NCBI GenBank assembly: GCA_964057225.1 | Contig: OZ059896.1 | Coordinates: 19,096,001-19,160,000, forward strand | DNA from: Auanema rhodensis | Taxonomy: Eukaryota > Animalia > Nematoda | Reading direction: 5' to 3' | Length of the DNA stretch: 64,000 nucleotides | Part shown: positions 39,101-54,527 of the stretch, piece by piece | How positions within the stretch are numbered: the stretch's first letter is position 1 | How the letters are laid out: every line of letters starts with the position of its first letter | Made by a program: the position numbers and the translations under genes | The notes under the pieces: generated by a model | Database searches by the model: none | What the model was told of the DNA's origin: nothing | The model's input: only the letters and a program-made list of their open reading frames with translations

Positions 39101-41564
39101 ATTGTTATTCAACGAAAAAATTAATTCTTCATTGTGAAAATCGAGGATATAAGTGTGAACTTATATCAGTTGATATCTCGGTGCATTTTTAAGCTAGCGC
39201 AAATCTCATAACACAGATCGACGCAGCTTAAAAATCCGCATCGAATGCACTATACTACATCGAGAAACGCTTAATACAAAAATTAGTTATGATCGTTTGA
39301 AAAATGATGCATTAGTGTATGTTGAGTTTCCATGTACACTCAACATTGCTTCCAAAAACATTTTGACAAAAATTTTTTCGAAAAATTTCAAAATAATTTA
39401 GCAAAAAGTAGATGTTTTTAGATTCCTTTTTTCAAGGCAAAGACGATGGACAATGTTATTCAACGAAAAAATTAATTCTTCAGGGTGAAAATCGAGGATA
39501 TAAGTGTGAACTTATATCAGTTGATATATCGGTGCATTTTTAAGCTAGCGCAAATCTGATAACACAGATCGACGCAGCTTAAAAATCCGCATCGAATGCA
39601 CTATACTACATTGAGAAACGCTTAATACAAAAATTAGTTATGATCGTTTGAAAAATGATGCATTAGTGTATGTTGAGTTTCCATGTACACTCAACATTGC
39701 TTCCAAAAACATTTTGACAAAAATTTTTTTGAAAAATTTCAAAATAATTTAGCAAAAAGTAGATGTTTTTAGATTCCTTTTTTCAAGGCAAAGACGATGG
39801 ACAATGTTATTCAACGAAAAAATTAATTCTTCAGGGTGAAAATCGAGGATATAAGTGTGAACTTATATCAGTTGATATATCGGTGCATTTTTAAGCTAGC
39901 GCAAATCTGATAACACAGATCGACGCAGCTTAAAAATCCGCATCGAATGCACTATACTACATTGAGAAACGCTTAATACAAAAATTAGTTATGATCGTTT
40001 GAAAAATGATGCATTAGTGTATGTTGAGTTTCCATGTACACTCAACATTGCTTCCAAAAACATTTTGACAAAAATTTTTTCGAAAAATTTCAAAATAATT
40101 TAGCAAAAAGTAGATGTTTTTAGATTCCTTTTTTCAAGGCAAAGACGATGGACAATGTTATTCAACGAAAAAATTAATTCTTCAGGGTGAAAATCGAGGA
40201 TATAAGTGTGAACTTATATCAGTTGATATATCGGTGCATTTTTAAGCTAGCGCAAATCTGATAACACAGATCGACGCAGCTTAAAAATCCGCATCGAATG
40301 CACTATACTACATTGAGAAACGCTTAATACAAAAATTAGTTATGATCGTTTGAAAAATGATGCATTAGTGTATGTTGAGTTTCCATGTACACTCAACATT
40401 GCTTCGAAAAACATTTTGACAAAAATTTTTTTGAAAAAGACGAGACGATGGACAATGTTATTCAACGAAAAAATTAATTCTTCAGGGTGAAAATCGAGGA
40501 TATAAGTGTGAACTTATATCAGTTGATATATCGGTGCATTTTTAAGCTAGCGCAAATCTGATAACACAGATCGACGCAGCTTAAAAATCCGCATCGAATG
40601 CACTATACTACATTGAGAAACGCTTAATACAAAAATTAGTTATGATCGTTTGAAAAATGATGCATTAGTGTATGTTGAGTTTCCATGTACACTCAACATT
40701 GCTTCCAAAAACATTTTGACAAAAATTTTTTTGAAAAATTTCAAAATAATTTAGCAAAAAGTAGATGTTTTTAGATTCCTTTTTTCAAGGCAAAGACGAT
40801 GGACAATGTTATTCAACGAAAAAATTAATTCTTCAGGGTGAAAATCGAGGATATAAGTGTGAACTTATATCAGTTGATATATCGGTGCATTTTTAAGCTA
40901 GCGCAAATCTCATAACACAGATCGACGCAGCTTAAAAATCCGCATCGAATGCACTATACTACATTGAGAAACGCTTAATACAAAAATTAGTTATGATCGT
41001 TTGAAAAATGATGCATTAGTGTATGTTGAGTTTCCATGTACACTCAACATTGCTTCCAAAAACATTTTGACAAAAATTTTTTCGAAAAATTTCAAAATAA
41101 TTTAGCAAAAAGTAGATGTTTTTAGATTCCTTTTTTCAAGGCAAAGACGATGGACAATGTTATTCAACGAAAAAATTAATTCTTCAGGGTGAAAATCGAG
41201 GATATAAGTGTGAACTTATATCAGTTGATATATCGGTGCATTTTTAAGCTAGCGCAAATCTGATAACACAGATCGACGCAGCTTAAAAATCCGCATCGAA
41301 TGCACTATACTACATTGAGAAACGCTTAATACAAAAATTAGTTATGATCGTTTGAAAAATGATGCATTAGTGTATGTTGAGTTTCCATGTACACTCAACA
41401 TTGCTTCGAAAAACATTTTGACAAAAATTTTTTTGAAAAAGACGAGACGATGGACAATGTTATTCAACGAAAAAATTAATTCTTCAGGGTGAAAATCGAG
41501 GATATAAGTGTGAACTTATATCAGTTGATATCTCGGTGCATTTTTAAGCTAGCGCAAATCTCAT
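36153..41564. repeat. 8-monomer (2706-bp) tandem duplication containing two 300-bp deletion monomers per unit
   Basis: Units are 36153-38858 and 38859-41564 (6x351 + 2x300). The ACATCGAGAA and TTCATTGTG markers and the deletion monomers recur at +2706. Confidence 0.95.
37557..37856. repeat. 300-bp deletion monomer (also 38559-38858, 40263-40562, 41265-41564)
   Basis: The junction reads TTTTTTTGAAAAA-GACG-AGACGATGG, net -51 bp, and is always linked to GCTTCG (C144G) and C170T. Confidence 0.97.
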
Positions 41565-42266
41565 AACACAGATCGACGCAGCTTAAAAATCCGCATCGAA
41601 TGCACTATACTACATTGAGAAACGCTTAATACAAAAATTAGTTATGATCGTTTGAAAAATGATGCATTAGTGTATGTTGAGTTTCCATGTACACTCAACA
41701 TTGCTTCCAAAAACATTTTGACAAAAATTTTTTCGAAAAATTTCAAAATAATTTAGCAAAAAGTAGATGTTTTTAGATTCCTTTTTTCAAGGCAAAGACG
41801 ATGGACAATGTTATTCAACGAAAAAATTAATTCTTCAGGGTGAAAATCGAGGATATAAGTGTGAACTTATATCAGTTGATATATCGGTGCATTTTTAAGC
41901 TAGCGCAAATCTGATAACACAGATCGACGCAGCTTAAAAATCCGCATCGAATGCACTATACTACATTGAGAAACGCTTAATACAAAAATTAGTTATGATC
42001 GTTTGAAAAATGATGCATTAGTGTATGTTGAGTTTCCATGTACACTCAACATTGCTTCCAAAAACATTTTGACAAAAATTTTTTTGAAAAATTTCAAAAT
42101 AATTTAGCAAAAAGTAGATGTTTTTAGATTCCTTTTTTCAAGGCAAAGACGATGGACAATGTTATTCAACGAAAAAATTAATTCTTCAGGGTGAAAATCG
42201 AGGATATAAGTGTGAACTTATATCAGTTGATATCTCGGTGCATTTTTAAGCTAGCGCAAATCTCAT

Positions 42267-45200
42267 AACACAGATCGACGCAGCTTAAAAATCCGCATCG
42301 AATGCACTATACTACATTGAGAAACGCTTAATACAAAAATTAGTTATGATCGTTTGAAAAATGATGCATTAGTGTATGTTGAGTTTCCATGTACATTCAA
42401 CATTGCTTCCAAAAACATTTTGACAAAAATTTTTTCGAAAAATTTCAAAATAATTTAGCAAAAAGTAGATGTTGTTAGATTCCTTTTTTCAAGGCAAAGA
42501 CGATGGACAATGTTATTCAACGAAAAAATTAATTCTTCAGGGTGAAAATCGAGAATATAAGTGTGAACTTATATCAGTTGATATATCGGTGCATTTTCAA
42601 GCTAGCGCAAATCTGATAACACAGATCGACGCAGCTTAAAAATCCGCATCGAATGCACTATACTACATTGAGAAACGCTTAATACAAAAATTAGTTATGA
42701 TCGTTTGAAAAATGATGCATTAGTGTATGTTGAGTTTCCATGTACACTCAACATTGCTTCCAAAAACATTTTGACAAAAATTTTTTCGAAAAATTTCAAA
42801 ATAATTTAGCAAAAAGTAGATGTTGTTAGATTCCTTTTTTCACGGCAAAGACGATGGACATTGTTATTCAACGAAAAAATTAATTCTTCAGGGTGAAAAT
42901 CGAGGATATAAGTGTGAACTTATATCAGTTGATATCTCGGTGCATTTTTAAGCTAGCGCAAATCTGATAACACAGATCGACGCAGCTTAAAAATCCGCAT
43001 CGAATGCACTACACTACATTGAGAAACGCTTAATACAAAAATTAGTTATGATCGTTTGAAAAATGATGCATTAGTGTATGTTGAGTTTCCATGTACACTC
43101 AACATTGCTTCCAAAAACATTTTGACAAAAATTTTTTCGAAAAATTTCAAAATAATTTAGCAAAAAGTAGATGTTTTTAGATTCCTTTTTTCAAGGCAAA
43201 GACGATGGACAATGTTATTCAACGAAAAAATTAATTCTTCAGGGTGAAAATCGAGGATATAAGTGTGAACTTATATCAGTTGATATATCGGTGCATTTTT
43301 AAGCTAGCGCAAATCTGATAACACAGATCGACGCAGCTTAAAAATCCGCATCGAATGCACTATACTACATTGAAAAACGCTTAATACAAAAATTAGTTAT
43401 GATCGTTTGAAAAATGATGCATTAGTGTATGTTGAGTTTCCATGTACACTCAACATTGCTTCCAAAAACATTTTGACAAAAATTTTTTCGAAAAATTTCA
43501 AAATAATTTAGCAAAAAGTAGATGTTTTTAGATTCCTTTTTTCAAGGCAAATGACGATGGACAATGTTATTCAACGAAAAAATTAATTCTTCAGGGTGAA
43601 AATCGAGGATATAAGTGTGAACTTATATCAGTTGATATATCGGTGCATTTTTAAGCTAGCGCAAATCTGATAACACAGATCGACGCAGCTTAAAAATCCG
43701 CATCGAATGCACTATACTTCATTGAGAAACGCTTAATACAAAAATTAGTTATGATCGTTTGAAAAATGATGCATTAGTGTATGTTGAGTTTCCATGTACA
43801 CTCAACATTGCTTCCAAAAACATTTTGACAAAACTTTTTTCGAAAAATTTCAAAATAATTTAGCAAAAAGTAGATGTTGTTAGATTCCTTTTTTCAAGGC
43901 AAAGACGATGGACAATGTTATTCAACGAAAAAATTAATTCTTCAGGGTGAAAATCGAGGATATAAGTGTGAACTTATATCAGTTGATATCTCGGTGCATT
44001 TTTAAGCTAGCGCAAATCTGATAACACAGATCGACGCAGCTTAAAAATCCGCATCGAATGCACCACACTACATTGAGAAACGCTTAATACAAAAATTAGT
44101 TATGATCGTTTGAAAAATGATGCATTAGTGTATGTTGAGTTTCCATGTACACTCAACATTGCTTCCAAAAACATTTTGACAAAAATTTTTTCGAAAAATT
44201 TCAAAATAATTTAGCAAAAAGTAGATGTTTTTAGATTCCTTTTTTCACGGCAAAGACGATGGACATTGTTATTCAACGAAAAAATTAATTCTTCATTGTG
44301 AAAATCGAGGATATAAGTGTGAACTTATATCAGTTGATATCTCGGTGCATTTTTAAGCTAGCGCAAATCTCATAACACAGATCGACGCAGCTTAAAAATC
44401 CGCATCGAATGCACTATACTACATTGAGAAACGCTTAATACAAAAATTAGTTATGATCGTTTGAAAAATGATGCATTAGTGTATGTTGAGTTTCCATGTA
44501 CACTCAATATTGCTTCCAAAAACATTTTGACAAAAATTTTTTCGAAAAATTTCAAAATAATTTAGCAAAAAGTAGATGTTGTTAGATTCCTTTTTTCAAG
44601 GCAAAGACAATGGACAATGTTATTCAACGAAAAAATTAATTCTTCAGGGTGAAAATCGAGGATATATGTGTGAACTTATATCAGTTGATATCTCGGTGCA
44701 TTTTTAAGCTAGCGCAAATCTGATAACACAGATCGACGCAGCTTAAAAATCCGCATCGAATGCACTACACTACATTGAGAAACGCTTAATACAAAAATTA
44801 GTTATGATCGTTTGAAAAATGATGCATTAGTGTATGTTGAGTTTCCATGTACACTCAACATTGCTTCTTTTTTGCTAAATTTTTTTGAAAAATTTCAAAA
44901 TAATTTAGCAAAAAGTAGATGTTTTTAGATTCCTTTTTTCAAGGCAAAGACGATGGACAATGTTATTCAACGAAAAAATTAATTCTTCAGGGTGAAAATC
45001 GAGGATATAAGTGCGAACTTATATCAGTTGATATCTCGGTGCATTTTTAAGCTAGCGCAAATCTCATAACACAGATCGACGCAGATTAAAAATTCGCATC
45101 GAATGCACTATACTACATTGAGAAACGCATAATACAAAAATTAGTTATGATCGTTTGAAAAATGATGCATTAGTGTATGTTGAGTTTCCATGTACACTCA

Positions 45201-47875
45201 ACATTGCTTCCAAAAACATTTTGACAAAAATTTTTTCGAAAAATTTCAAAATAATTTAGCAAAAAGTAGATGTTTTTAGATTCCTTTTTTCAAGGCAAAG
45301 ACGATGGACAATGTTATTCAACGAAAAAATTAATTCTTCAGGGTGAAAATCGAGGATATAAGTGTGAACTTATATCAGTTGATATCTCGGTGCATTTTTA
45401 AGCTAGCGCAAATCTGATAACACAGATCGACGCAGCTTAAAAATCCGCATCGAATGCACTATACTACATTGAGAAACGCTTAATACAAAAATTAGTTATG
45501 ATCGTTTGAAAAATGATGCATTAGTGTATGTTGAGTTTCCATGTACATTCAACATTGCTTCCAAAAACATTTTGACAAAAATTTTTTCGAAAAATTTCAA
45601 AATAATTTAGCAAAAAGTAGATGTTGTTAGATTCCTTTTTTCAAGGCAAAGACGATGGACAATGTTATTCAACGAAAAAATTAATTCTTCAGGGTGAAAA
45701 TCGAGGATATAAGTGTGAACTTATATCAGTTGATATATCGGTGCATTTTTAAGCTAGCGCAAATCTGATAACACAGATCGACGCAGCTTAAAAATCCGCA
45801 TCGAATGCACTATACTACATTGAGAAACGCTTAATACAAAAATTAGTTATGATCGTTTGAAAAATGATGCATTAGTGTATGTTGAGTTTCCATGTACACT
45901 CAACATTGCTTCCAAAAACATTTTGACAAAAATTTTTTCGAAAAATTTCAAAATAATTTAGCAAAAAGTAGATGTTGTTAGATTCCTTTTTTCACGGCAA
46001 AGACGATGGACATTGTTATTCAACGAAAAAATTAATTCTTCAGGGTGAAAATCGAGGATATAAGTGTGAACTTATATCAGTTGATATCTCGGTGCATTTT
46101 TAAGCTAGCGCAAATCTGATAACACAGATCGACGCAGCTTAAAAATCCGCATCGAATGCACTACACTACATTGAGAAACGCTTAATACAAAAATTAGTTA
46201 TGATCGTTTGAAAAATGATGCATTAGTGTATGTTGAGTTTCCATGTACACTCAACATTGCTTCCAAAAACATTTTGACAAAAATTTTTTCGAAAAATTTC
46301 AAAATAATTTAGCAAAAAGTAGATGTTTTTAGATTCCTTTTTTCAAGGCAAAGACGATGGACAATGTTATTCAACGAAAAAATTAATTCTTCAGGGTGAA
46401 AATCGAGGATATAAGTGTGAACTTATATCAGTTGATATCTCGGTGCATTTTTAAGCTAGCGCAAATCTCATAACACAGATCGACGCAGCTTAAAAATCCG
46501 CATCGAATGCACTATACTACATTGAGAAACGCTTAATACAAAAATTAGTTATGATCGTTTGAAAAATGATGCATTAGTGTATGTTGAGTTTCCATGTACA
46601 CTCAACATTGCTTCCAAAAACATTTTGACAAAAATTTTTTCGAAAAATTTCAAAATAATTTAGCAAAAAGTAGATGTTTTTAGATTCCTTTTTTCAAGGC
46701 AAAGACGATGGACAATGTTATTCAACGAAAAAATTAATTCTTCAGGGTGAAAATCGAGGATATAAGTGTGAACTTATATCAGTTGATATATCGGTGCATT
46801 TTTAAGCTAGCGCAAATCTGATAACACAGATCGACGCAGCTTAAAAATCCGCATCGAATGCACTATACTTCATTGAGAAACGCTTAATACAAAAATTAGT
46901 TATGATCGTTTGAAAAATGATGCATTAGTGTATGTTGAGTTTCCATGTACACTCAACATTGCTTCCAAAAACATTTTGACAAAACTTTTTTCGAAAAATT
47001 TCAAAATAATTTAGCAAAAAGTAGATGTTGTTAGATTCCTTTTTTCAAGGCAAAGACGATGGACAATGTTATTCAACGAAAAAATTAATTCTTCAGGGTG
47101 AAAATCGAGGATATAAGTGTGAACTTATATCAGTTGATATCTCGGTGCATTTTTAAGCTAGCGCAAATCTGATAACACAGATCGACGCAGCTTAAAAATC
47201 CGCATCGAATGCACCACACTACATTGAGAAACGCTTAATACAAAAATTAGTTATGATCGTTTGAAAAATGATGCATTAGTGTATGTTGAGTTTCCATGTA
47301 CACTCAACATTGCTTCCAAAAACATTTTGACAAAAATTTTTTCGAAAAATTTCAAAATAATTTAGCAAAAAGTAGATGTTTTTAGATTCCTTTTTTCACG
47401 GCAAAGACGATGGACATTGTTATTCAACGAAAAAATTAATTCTTCATTGTGAAAATCGAGGATATAAGTGTGAACTTATATCAGTTGATATCTCGGTGCA
47501 TTTTTAAGCTAGCGCAAATCTCATAACACAGATCGACGCAGCTTAAAAATCCGCATCGAATGCACTATACTACATTGAGAAACGCTTAATACAAAAATTA
47601 GTTATGATCGTTTGAAAAATGATGCATTAGTGTATGTTGAGTTTCCATGTACACTCAATATTGCTTCCAAAAACATTTTGACAAAAATTTTTTCGAAAAA
47701 TTTCAAAATAATTTAGCAAAAAGTAGATGTTGTTAGATTCCTTTTTTCAAGGCAAAGACAATGGACAATGTTATTCAACGAAAAAATTAATTCTTCAGGG
47801 TGAAAATCGAGGATATATGTGTGAACTTATATCAGTTGATATCTCGGTGCATTTTTAAGCTAGCGCAAATCTGAT
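42267..47875. repeat. Older, imperfect duplication with 9-monomer period (3151-3152 bp)
   Basis: Markers ATACTTC (monomers 43672/46823), CACCACAC+CACGG (44023/47174) and CAATAT+GACAATGGACAATG (44374/47525) recur. Several positions differ between the copies. Confidence 0.85.
44725..45067. repeat. 343-bp monomer carrying a locally inverted, palindrome-forming replacement (also 48578-48920, 49272-49614)
   Basis: CAAAAACATTTTGACAA is replaced by TTTTTTGCT, net -8 bp, always linked to GTGCGAAC. Confidence 0.97.
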
Positions 47876-50800
47876 AACACAGATCGACGCAGCTTAAAAA
47901 TCCGCATCGAATGCACTACACTACATTGAGAAACGCTTAATACAAAAATTAGTTATGATCGTTTGAAAATTGATGCATTAGTGTATGTTGAGTTTCCATG
48001 TACACTCAACATTGCTTCCAAAAACATTTTGACAAAAATTTTTTCGAAAAATTTCAAGATAATTTAGCAAAAAGTAGATGTTTTTAGATTCCTTTTTTCA
48101 AGGCAAAGACGATGGACATTGTTATTCAACGAAAAAATTAATTCTTCATTGTGAAAATCGAGGATATAAGTGTGAACTTATATCAGTTGATATCTCGGTG
48201 CATTTTTAAGCTAGCGCAAATCTCATAACACAGATCGACGCAGCTTAAAAATCCGCATCGAATGCACTATACTACATTGAGAAACGCTTAATACAAAAAT
48301 TAGTTATGATCGTTTGAAAAATGATGCATTAGTGTATGTTGAGTTTCCATGTACATTCAACATTGCTTCCAAAAACATTTTGACAAAAATTTTTTCGAAA
48401 AACTTCAAAATAATTTAGCAAAAAGTAGATGTTTTTAGATTCCTTTTTTCAAGGCAAAGACGATGGACATTGTTATTCAACGAAAAAATTAATTCTTCAG
48501 GGTGAAAATCGAGGATATAAGTGTGAACTTATATCAGTTGATATATCGGTGCATTTTTAAGCTAGCGCAAATCTGATAACACAGATCGACGCAGCTTAAA
48601 AATCCGCATCGAATGCACTATACTACATTGAGAAACGCTTAATACAAAAATTAGTTATGATCGTTTTAAAAATGATGCATTAGTGTATGTTGAGTTTCCA
48701 TGTACACTCAACATTGCTTCTTTTTTGCTAAATTTTTTTGAAAAATTTCAAAATAATTTAGCAAAAAGTAGATGTTTTTAGATTCCTTTTTTCAAGGCAA
48801 AGACGATGGACAATGTTATTCAACGAAAAAATTAATTCTTCAGGGTGAAAATCGAGGATATAAGTGCGAACTTATATCAGTTGATATCTCGGTGCATTTT
48901 TAAGCTAGCGCAAATCTCATAACACAGATCGACGCAGCTTAAAAATCCGCATCGAATGCACTATACTACATTGAGAAACGCTTAATACAAAAATTAGTTA
49001 TGATCGTTTGAAAAATGATGCATTAGTGTATGTTGAGTTTCCATGTACACTCAATATTGCTTCCAAAAACATTTTGACAAAAATTTTTTCGAAAAATTTC
49101 AAAATAATTTAGCAAAAAGTAGATGTTGTTAGATTCCTTTTTTCAAGGCAAAGACAATGGACAATGTTATTCAACGAAAAAATTAATTCTTCAGGGTGAA
49201 AATCGAGGATATATGTGTGAACTTATATCAGTTGATATCTCGGTGCATTTTTAAGCTAGCGCAAATCTGATAACACAGATCGACGCAGCTTAAAAATCCG
49301 CATCGAATGCACTATACTACATTGAGAAACGCTTAATACAAAAATTAGTTATGATCGTTTTAAAAATGATGCATTAGTGTATGTTGAGTTTCCATGTACA
49401 CTCAACATTGCTTCTTTTTTGCTAAATTTTTTTGAAAAATTTCAAAATAATTTAGCAAAAAGTAGATGTTTTTAGATTCCTTTTTTCAAGGCAAAGACGA
49501 TGGACAATGTTATTCAACGAAAAAATTAATTCTTCAGGGTGAAAATCGAGGATATAAGTGCGAACTTATATCAGTTGATATCTCGGTGCATTTTTAAGCT
49601 AGCGCAAATCTCATAACACAGATCGACGCAGCTTAAAAATCCGCATCGAATGCACTATACTACATTGAGAAACGCTTAATACAAAAATTAGTTATGATCG
49701 TTTGAAAAATGATGCATTAGTGTATGTTGAGTTTCCATGTACACTCAACATTGCTTCCAAAAACATTTTGACAAAAATTTTTTCGAAAAATTTCAAAATA
49801 GTTTAGCAAAAAGTAGATGTTTTTAGATTCCTTTTTTCAAGGCAAAGACGATGGACAATGTTATTCAACGAAAAAATTAATTCTTCAGGGTGAAAATCGA
49901 GGATATAAGTGTGAACTTATATCAGTTGATATATCGGTGCATTTTTAAGCTAGCGCAAATCTGATAACACAGATCGACGCAGCTTAAAAATCCGCATCGA
50001 ATGCACTATACTACATTGAGAAACGCTTAATACAAAAATTAGTTATGATCGTTTGAAAAATGATGCATTAGTGTATGTTGAGTTTCCATGTACACTCAAC
50101 ATTGCTTCCAAAAACATTTTGACAAAACTTTTTTCGAAAAATTTCAAAATAATTTAGCAAAAAGTAGATGTTGTTAGATTCCTTTTTTCAAGGCAAAGAC
50201 GATGGACAATGTTATTCAACGAAAAAATTAATTCTTCAGGGTGAAAATCGAGGATATAAGTGTGAACTTATATCAGTTGATATCTCGGTGCATTTTTAAG
50301 CTAGCGCAAATCTGATAACACAGATCGACGCAGCTTAAAAATCCGCATCAAATGCACTACACTACATTGAGAAACGCTTAATACAAAAATTAGTTATGAT
50401 CGTTTGAAAAATGATGCATTAGTGTATGTTGAGTTTCCATGTACACTCAACATTGCTTCCAAAAACATTTTGACAAAAATTTTTTCGAAAAATTTCAAAA
50501 TAATTTAGCAAAAAGTAGATGTTTTTAGATTCCTTTTTTCAAGGCAAAGACGATGGACAATGTTATTCACCGAAAAAATTAATTCTTCAGGGTGAAAATC
50601 GAGGATATAAGTGTGAACTTATATCAGTTGATATCTCGGTGCATTTTTAAGCTAGCGCAAATCTCATAACACAGATCGACGCAGCTTAAAAATCCGCATC
50701 GAATGCACTATACTACATTGAGAAACGCTTAATACAAAAATTAGTTATGATCGTTTGAAAAATGATGCATTAGTGTATGTTGAGTTTCCATGTACACTCA

Positions 50801-53800
50801 ACATTGCTTCCAAAAACATTTTGACAAAAATTTTTTCGAAAAATTTCAAAATAATTTAGCAAAAAATAGATGTTGTTAGATTCCTTTTTTCAAGGCAAAG
50901 ACGATGGACAATGTTATTCAACGAAAAAATTAATTCTTCAGGGTGAAAATCGAGGATATAAGTGTGAACTTATATCAGTTGATATCTCGGTGCATTTTTA
51001 AGCTAGCGCAAATCTGATAACACAGATCGACGCAGCTTAAAAATCCGCATCGAATGCACTACACTACATTGAGAAACGCTTAATACAAAAATTAGTTATG
51101 ATCGTTTGAAAAATGATGCATTAGTGTATGTTGAGTTTCCATGTACACTCAACATTGCTTCCAAAAACATTTTGACAAAAATTTTTTCGAAAAATTTCAA
51201 AATAATTTAGCAAAAAGTAGATGTTTTTAGATTCCTTTTTTCAAGGCAAAGACGATGGACATTGTTATTCAACGAAAAAATTAATTCTTCATTGTGAAAA
51301 TCGAGGATATAAGTGTGAACTTATATCAGTTGATATCTCGGTGCATTTTTAAGCTAGCGCAAATCTCATAACACAGATCGACGCAGCTTAAAAATCCGCA
51401 TCGAATGCACTATACTACATTGAGAAACGCTTAATACAAAAATTAGTTATGATCGTTTGAAAAATGATGCATTAGTGTATGTTGAGTTTCCATGTACACT
51501 CAACATTGCTTCCAAAAACATTTTGACAAAAATTTTTTTCAAAATTTCAAAATAATTTAGCAAAAAGTAGATGTTTTTAGATTCCTTTTTTCAAGGCAAA
51601 GACGATGGACAATGTTATTCAACGAAAAAATTAATTCTTCAGGGTGAAAATCGAGGATATAAGTGTGAACTTATATCAGTTGATATCTCGGTGCATTTTT
51701 AAGCTAGCGCAAATCTCATAACACAGATCGACGCAGCTTAAAAATCCGCATCGAATGCACTATACTACATTGAGAAACGCTTAATACAAAAATTAGTTAT
51801 GATCGTTTGAAAAATGATGCATTAGTGTATGTTGAGTTTCCATGTACACTCAACATTGCTTCCAAAAACATTTTGACAAAAATTTTTTCGAAAAATTTCA
51901 AAATAATTTAGCAAAAAGTAGATGTTTTTAGATTCCTTTTTTCAAGGCAAAGACGATGGACAATGTTATTCAACGAAAAAATTAATTCTTCAGGGTGAAA
52001 ATCGAGGATATAAGTGTGAACTTATATCAGTTGATATATCGGTGCATTTTTAAGCTAGCGCAAATCTGATAACACAGATCGACGCAGCTTAAAAATCCGC
52101 ATCGAATGCACTATACTACATTGAGAAACGCTTAATACAAAAATTAGTTATGATCGTTTGAAAAATGATGCATTAGTGTATGTTGAGTTTCCATGTACAC
52201 TCAACATTGCTTCCAAAAACATTTTGACAAAACTTTTTTCGAAAAATTTCAAAATAATTTAGCAAAAAGTAGATGTTGTTAGATTCCTTTTTTCAAGGCA
52301 AAGACGATGGACAATGTTATTCAACGAAAAAATTAATTCTTCAGGGTGAAAATCGAGGATATAAGTGTGAACTTATATCAGTTGATATCTCGGTGCATTT
52401 TTAAGCTAGCGCAAATCTGATAACACAGATCGACGCAGCTTAAAAATCCGCATCGAATGCACTACACTACATTGAGAAACGCTTAATACAAAAATTAGTT
52501 ATGATCGTTTGAAAAATGATGCATTAGTGTATGTTGAGTTTCCATGTACACTCAACATTGCTTCCAAAAACATTTTGACAAAAATTTTTTCGAAAAATTT
52601 CAAAATAATTTAGCAAAAAGTAGATGTTTTTAGATTCCTTTTTTCAAGGCAAAGACGATGGACATTGTTATTCAACGAAAAAATTAATTCTTCATTGTGA
52701 AAATCGAGGATATAAGTGTGAACTTATATCAGTTGATATCTCGGTGCATTTTTAAGCTAGCGCAAATCTCATAACACAGATCGACGCAGCTTAAAAATCC
52801 GCATCGAATGCACTATACTACATTGAGAAACGCTTAATACAAAAATTAGTTATGATCGTTTGAAAAATGATGCATTAGTGTATGTTGAGTTTCCATGTAC
52901 ACTCAACATTGCTTCCAAAAACATTTTGACAAAAATTTTTTCGAAAAATTTCAAAATAATTTAGCAAAAAGTAGATGTTGTTAGATTCCTTTTTTCAAGG
53001 CAAAGACGATGGACAATGTTATTCAACGAAAAAATTAATTCTTCAGGGTGAAAATCGAGGATATAAGTGTGAACTTATATCAGTTGATATCTCGGTGCAT
53101 TTTTAAGCTAGCGCAAATCTGATAACACAGATCGACGCAGCTTAAAAATCCGCATCGAATGCACTACACTACATTGAGAAACGCTTAATACAAAAATTAG
53201 TTATGATCGTTTGAAAAATGATGCATTAGTGTATGTTGAGTTTCCATGTACACTCAACATTGCTTCCAAAAACATTTTGACAAAAATTTTTTCGAAAATT
53301 TTCAAAATAATTTAGCAAAAAGTAGATGTTGTTAGATTCCTTTTTTCAAGGCAAAGACGATGGACAATGTTATTCAACGAAAAAATTAATTCTTCAGGGT
53401 GAAAATCGAGGATATAAGTGTGAACTTATATCAGTTGATATCTCGGTGCATTTTTAAGCTAGCGCAAATCTGATAACACAGATCGACGCAGCTTAAAAAT
53501 CCGCATCGAATGCACTACACTACATTGAGAAACGCTTAATACAAAAATTAGTTATGATCGTTTGAAAAATGATGCATTAGTGTATGTTGAGTTTCCATGT
53601 ACACTCAACATTGCTTCCAAAAACATTTTGACAAAAATTTTTTCGAAAAATTTCAAAATAATTTAGCAAAAAGTAGATGTTTTTAGATTCCTTTTTTCAA
53701 GGCAAAGACGATGGACATTGCTATTCAACGAAAAAATTAATTCTTCATTGTGAAAATCGAGGATATATGTGTGAACTTATATCAGTTGATATCTCGGTGC

Positions 53801-54527
53801 ATTTTTAAGCTAGCGCAAATCTCATAACACAGATCGACGCAGCTTAAAAATCCGCATCGAATGCACTATACTACATTGAGAAACGCTTAATACAAAAATT
53901 AGTTATGATCGTTTGAAAAATGATGCATTAGTGTATGTTGAGTTTCCATGTACACTCAACATTGCTTCCAAAAACATTTTGACAAAAATTTTTTCGAAAA
54001 ATTTCAAAATAATTTAGCAAAAAGTAGATGTTGTTAGATTCCTTTTTTCAAGGCAAAGACGATGGACAATGTTATTCAACGAAAAAATTAATTCTTCAGG
54101 GTGAAAATCGAGGATATAAGTGTGAACTTATATCAGTTGATATCTCGGTGCATTTTTAAGCTAGCGCAAATCTCATAACACAGATCGACGCAGCTTAAAA
54201 ATCCGCATCGAATGCACTATACTACATTGAGAAACGCTTAATACAAAAATTAGTTATGATCGTTTGAAAAATGATGCATTAGTGTATGTTGAGTTTCCAT
54301 GTACACTCAACATTGCTTCCAAAAACATTTTGACAAAAATTTTTTCGAAAAATTTCAAAATAATTTAGCAAAAAGTAGATGTTGTTAGATTCCGTTTTTC
54401 AAGGCAAAGACGATGGACAATGTTATTCAACGAAAAAATTAATTCTTCAGGGTGAAAATCGAGGATATAAGTGTGAACTTATATCAGTTGATATCTCGGT
54501 GCATTTTTAAGCTAGCGCAAATCTGAT

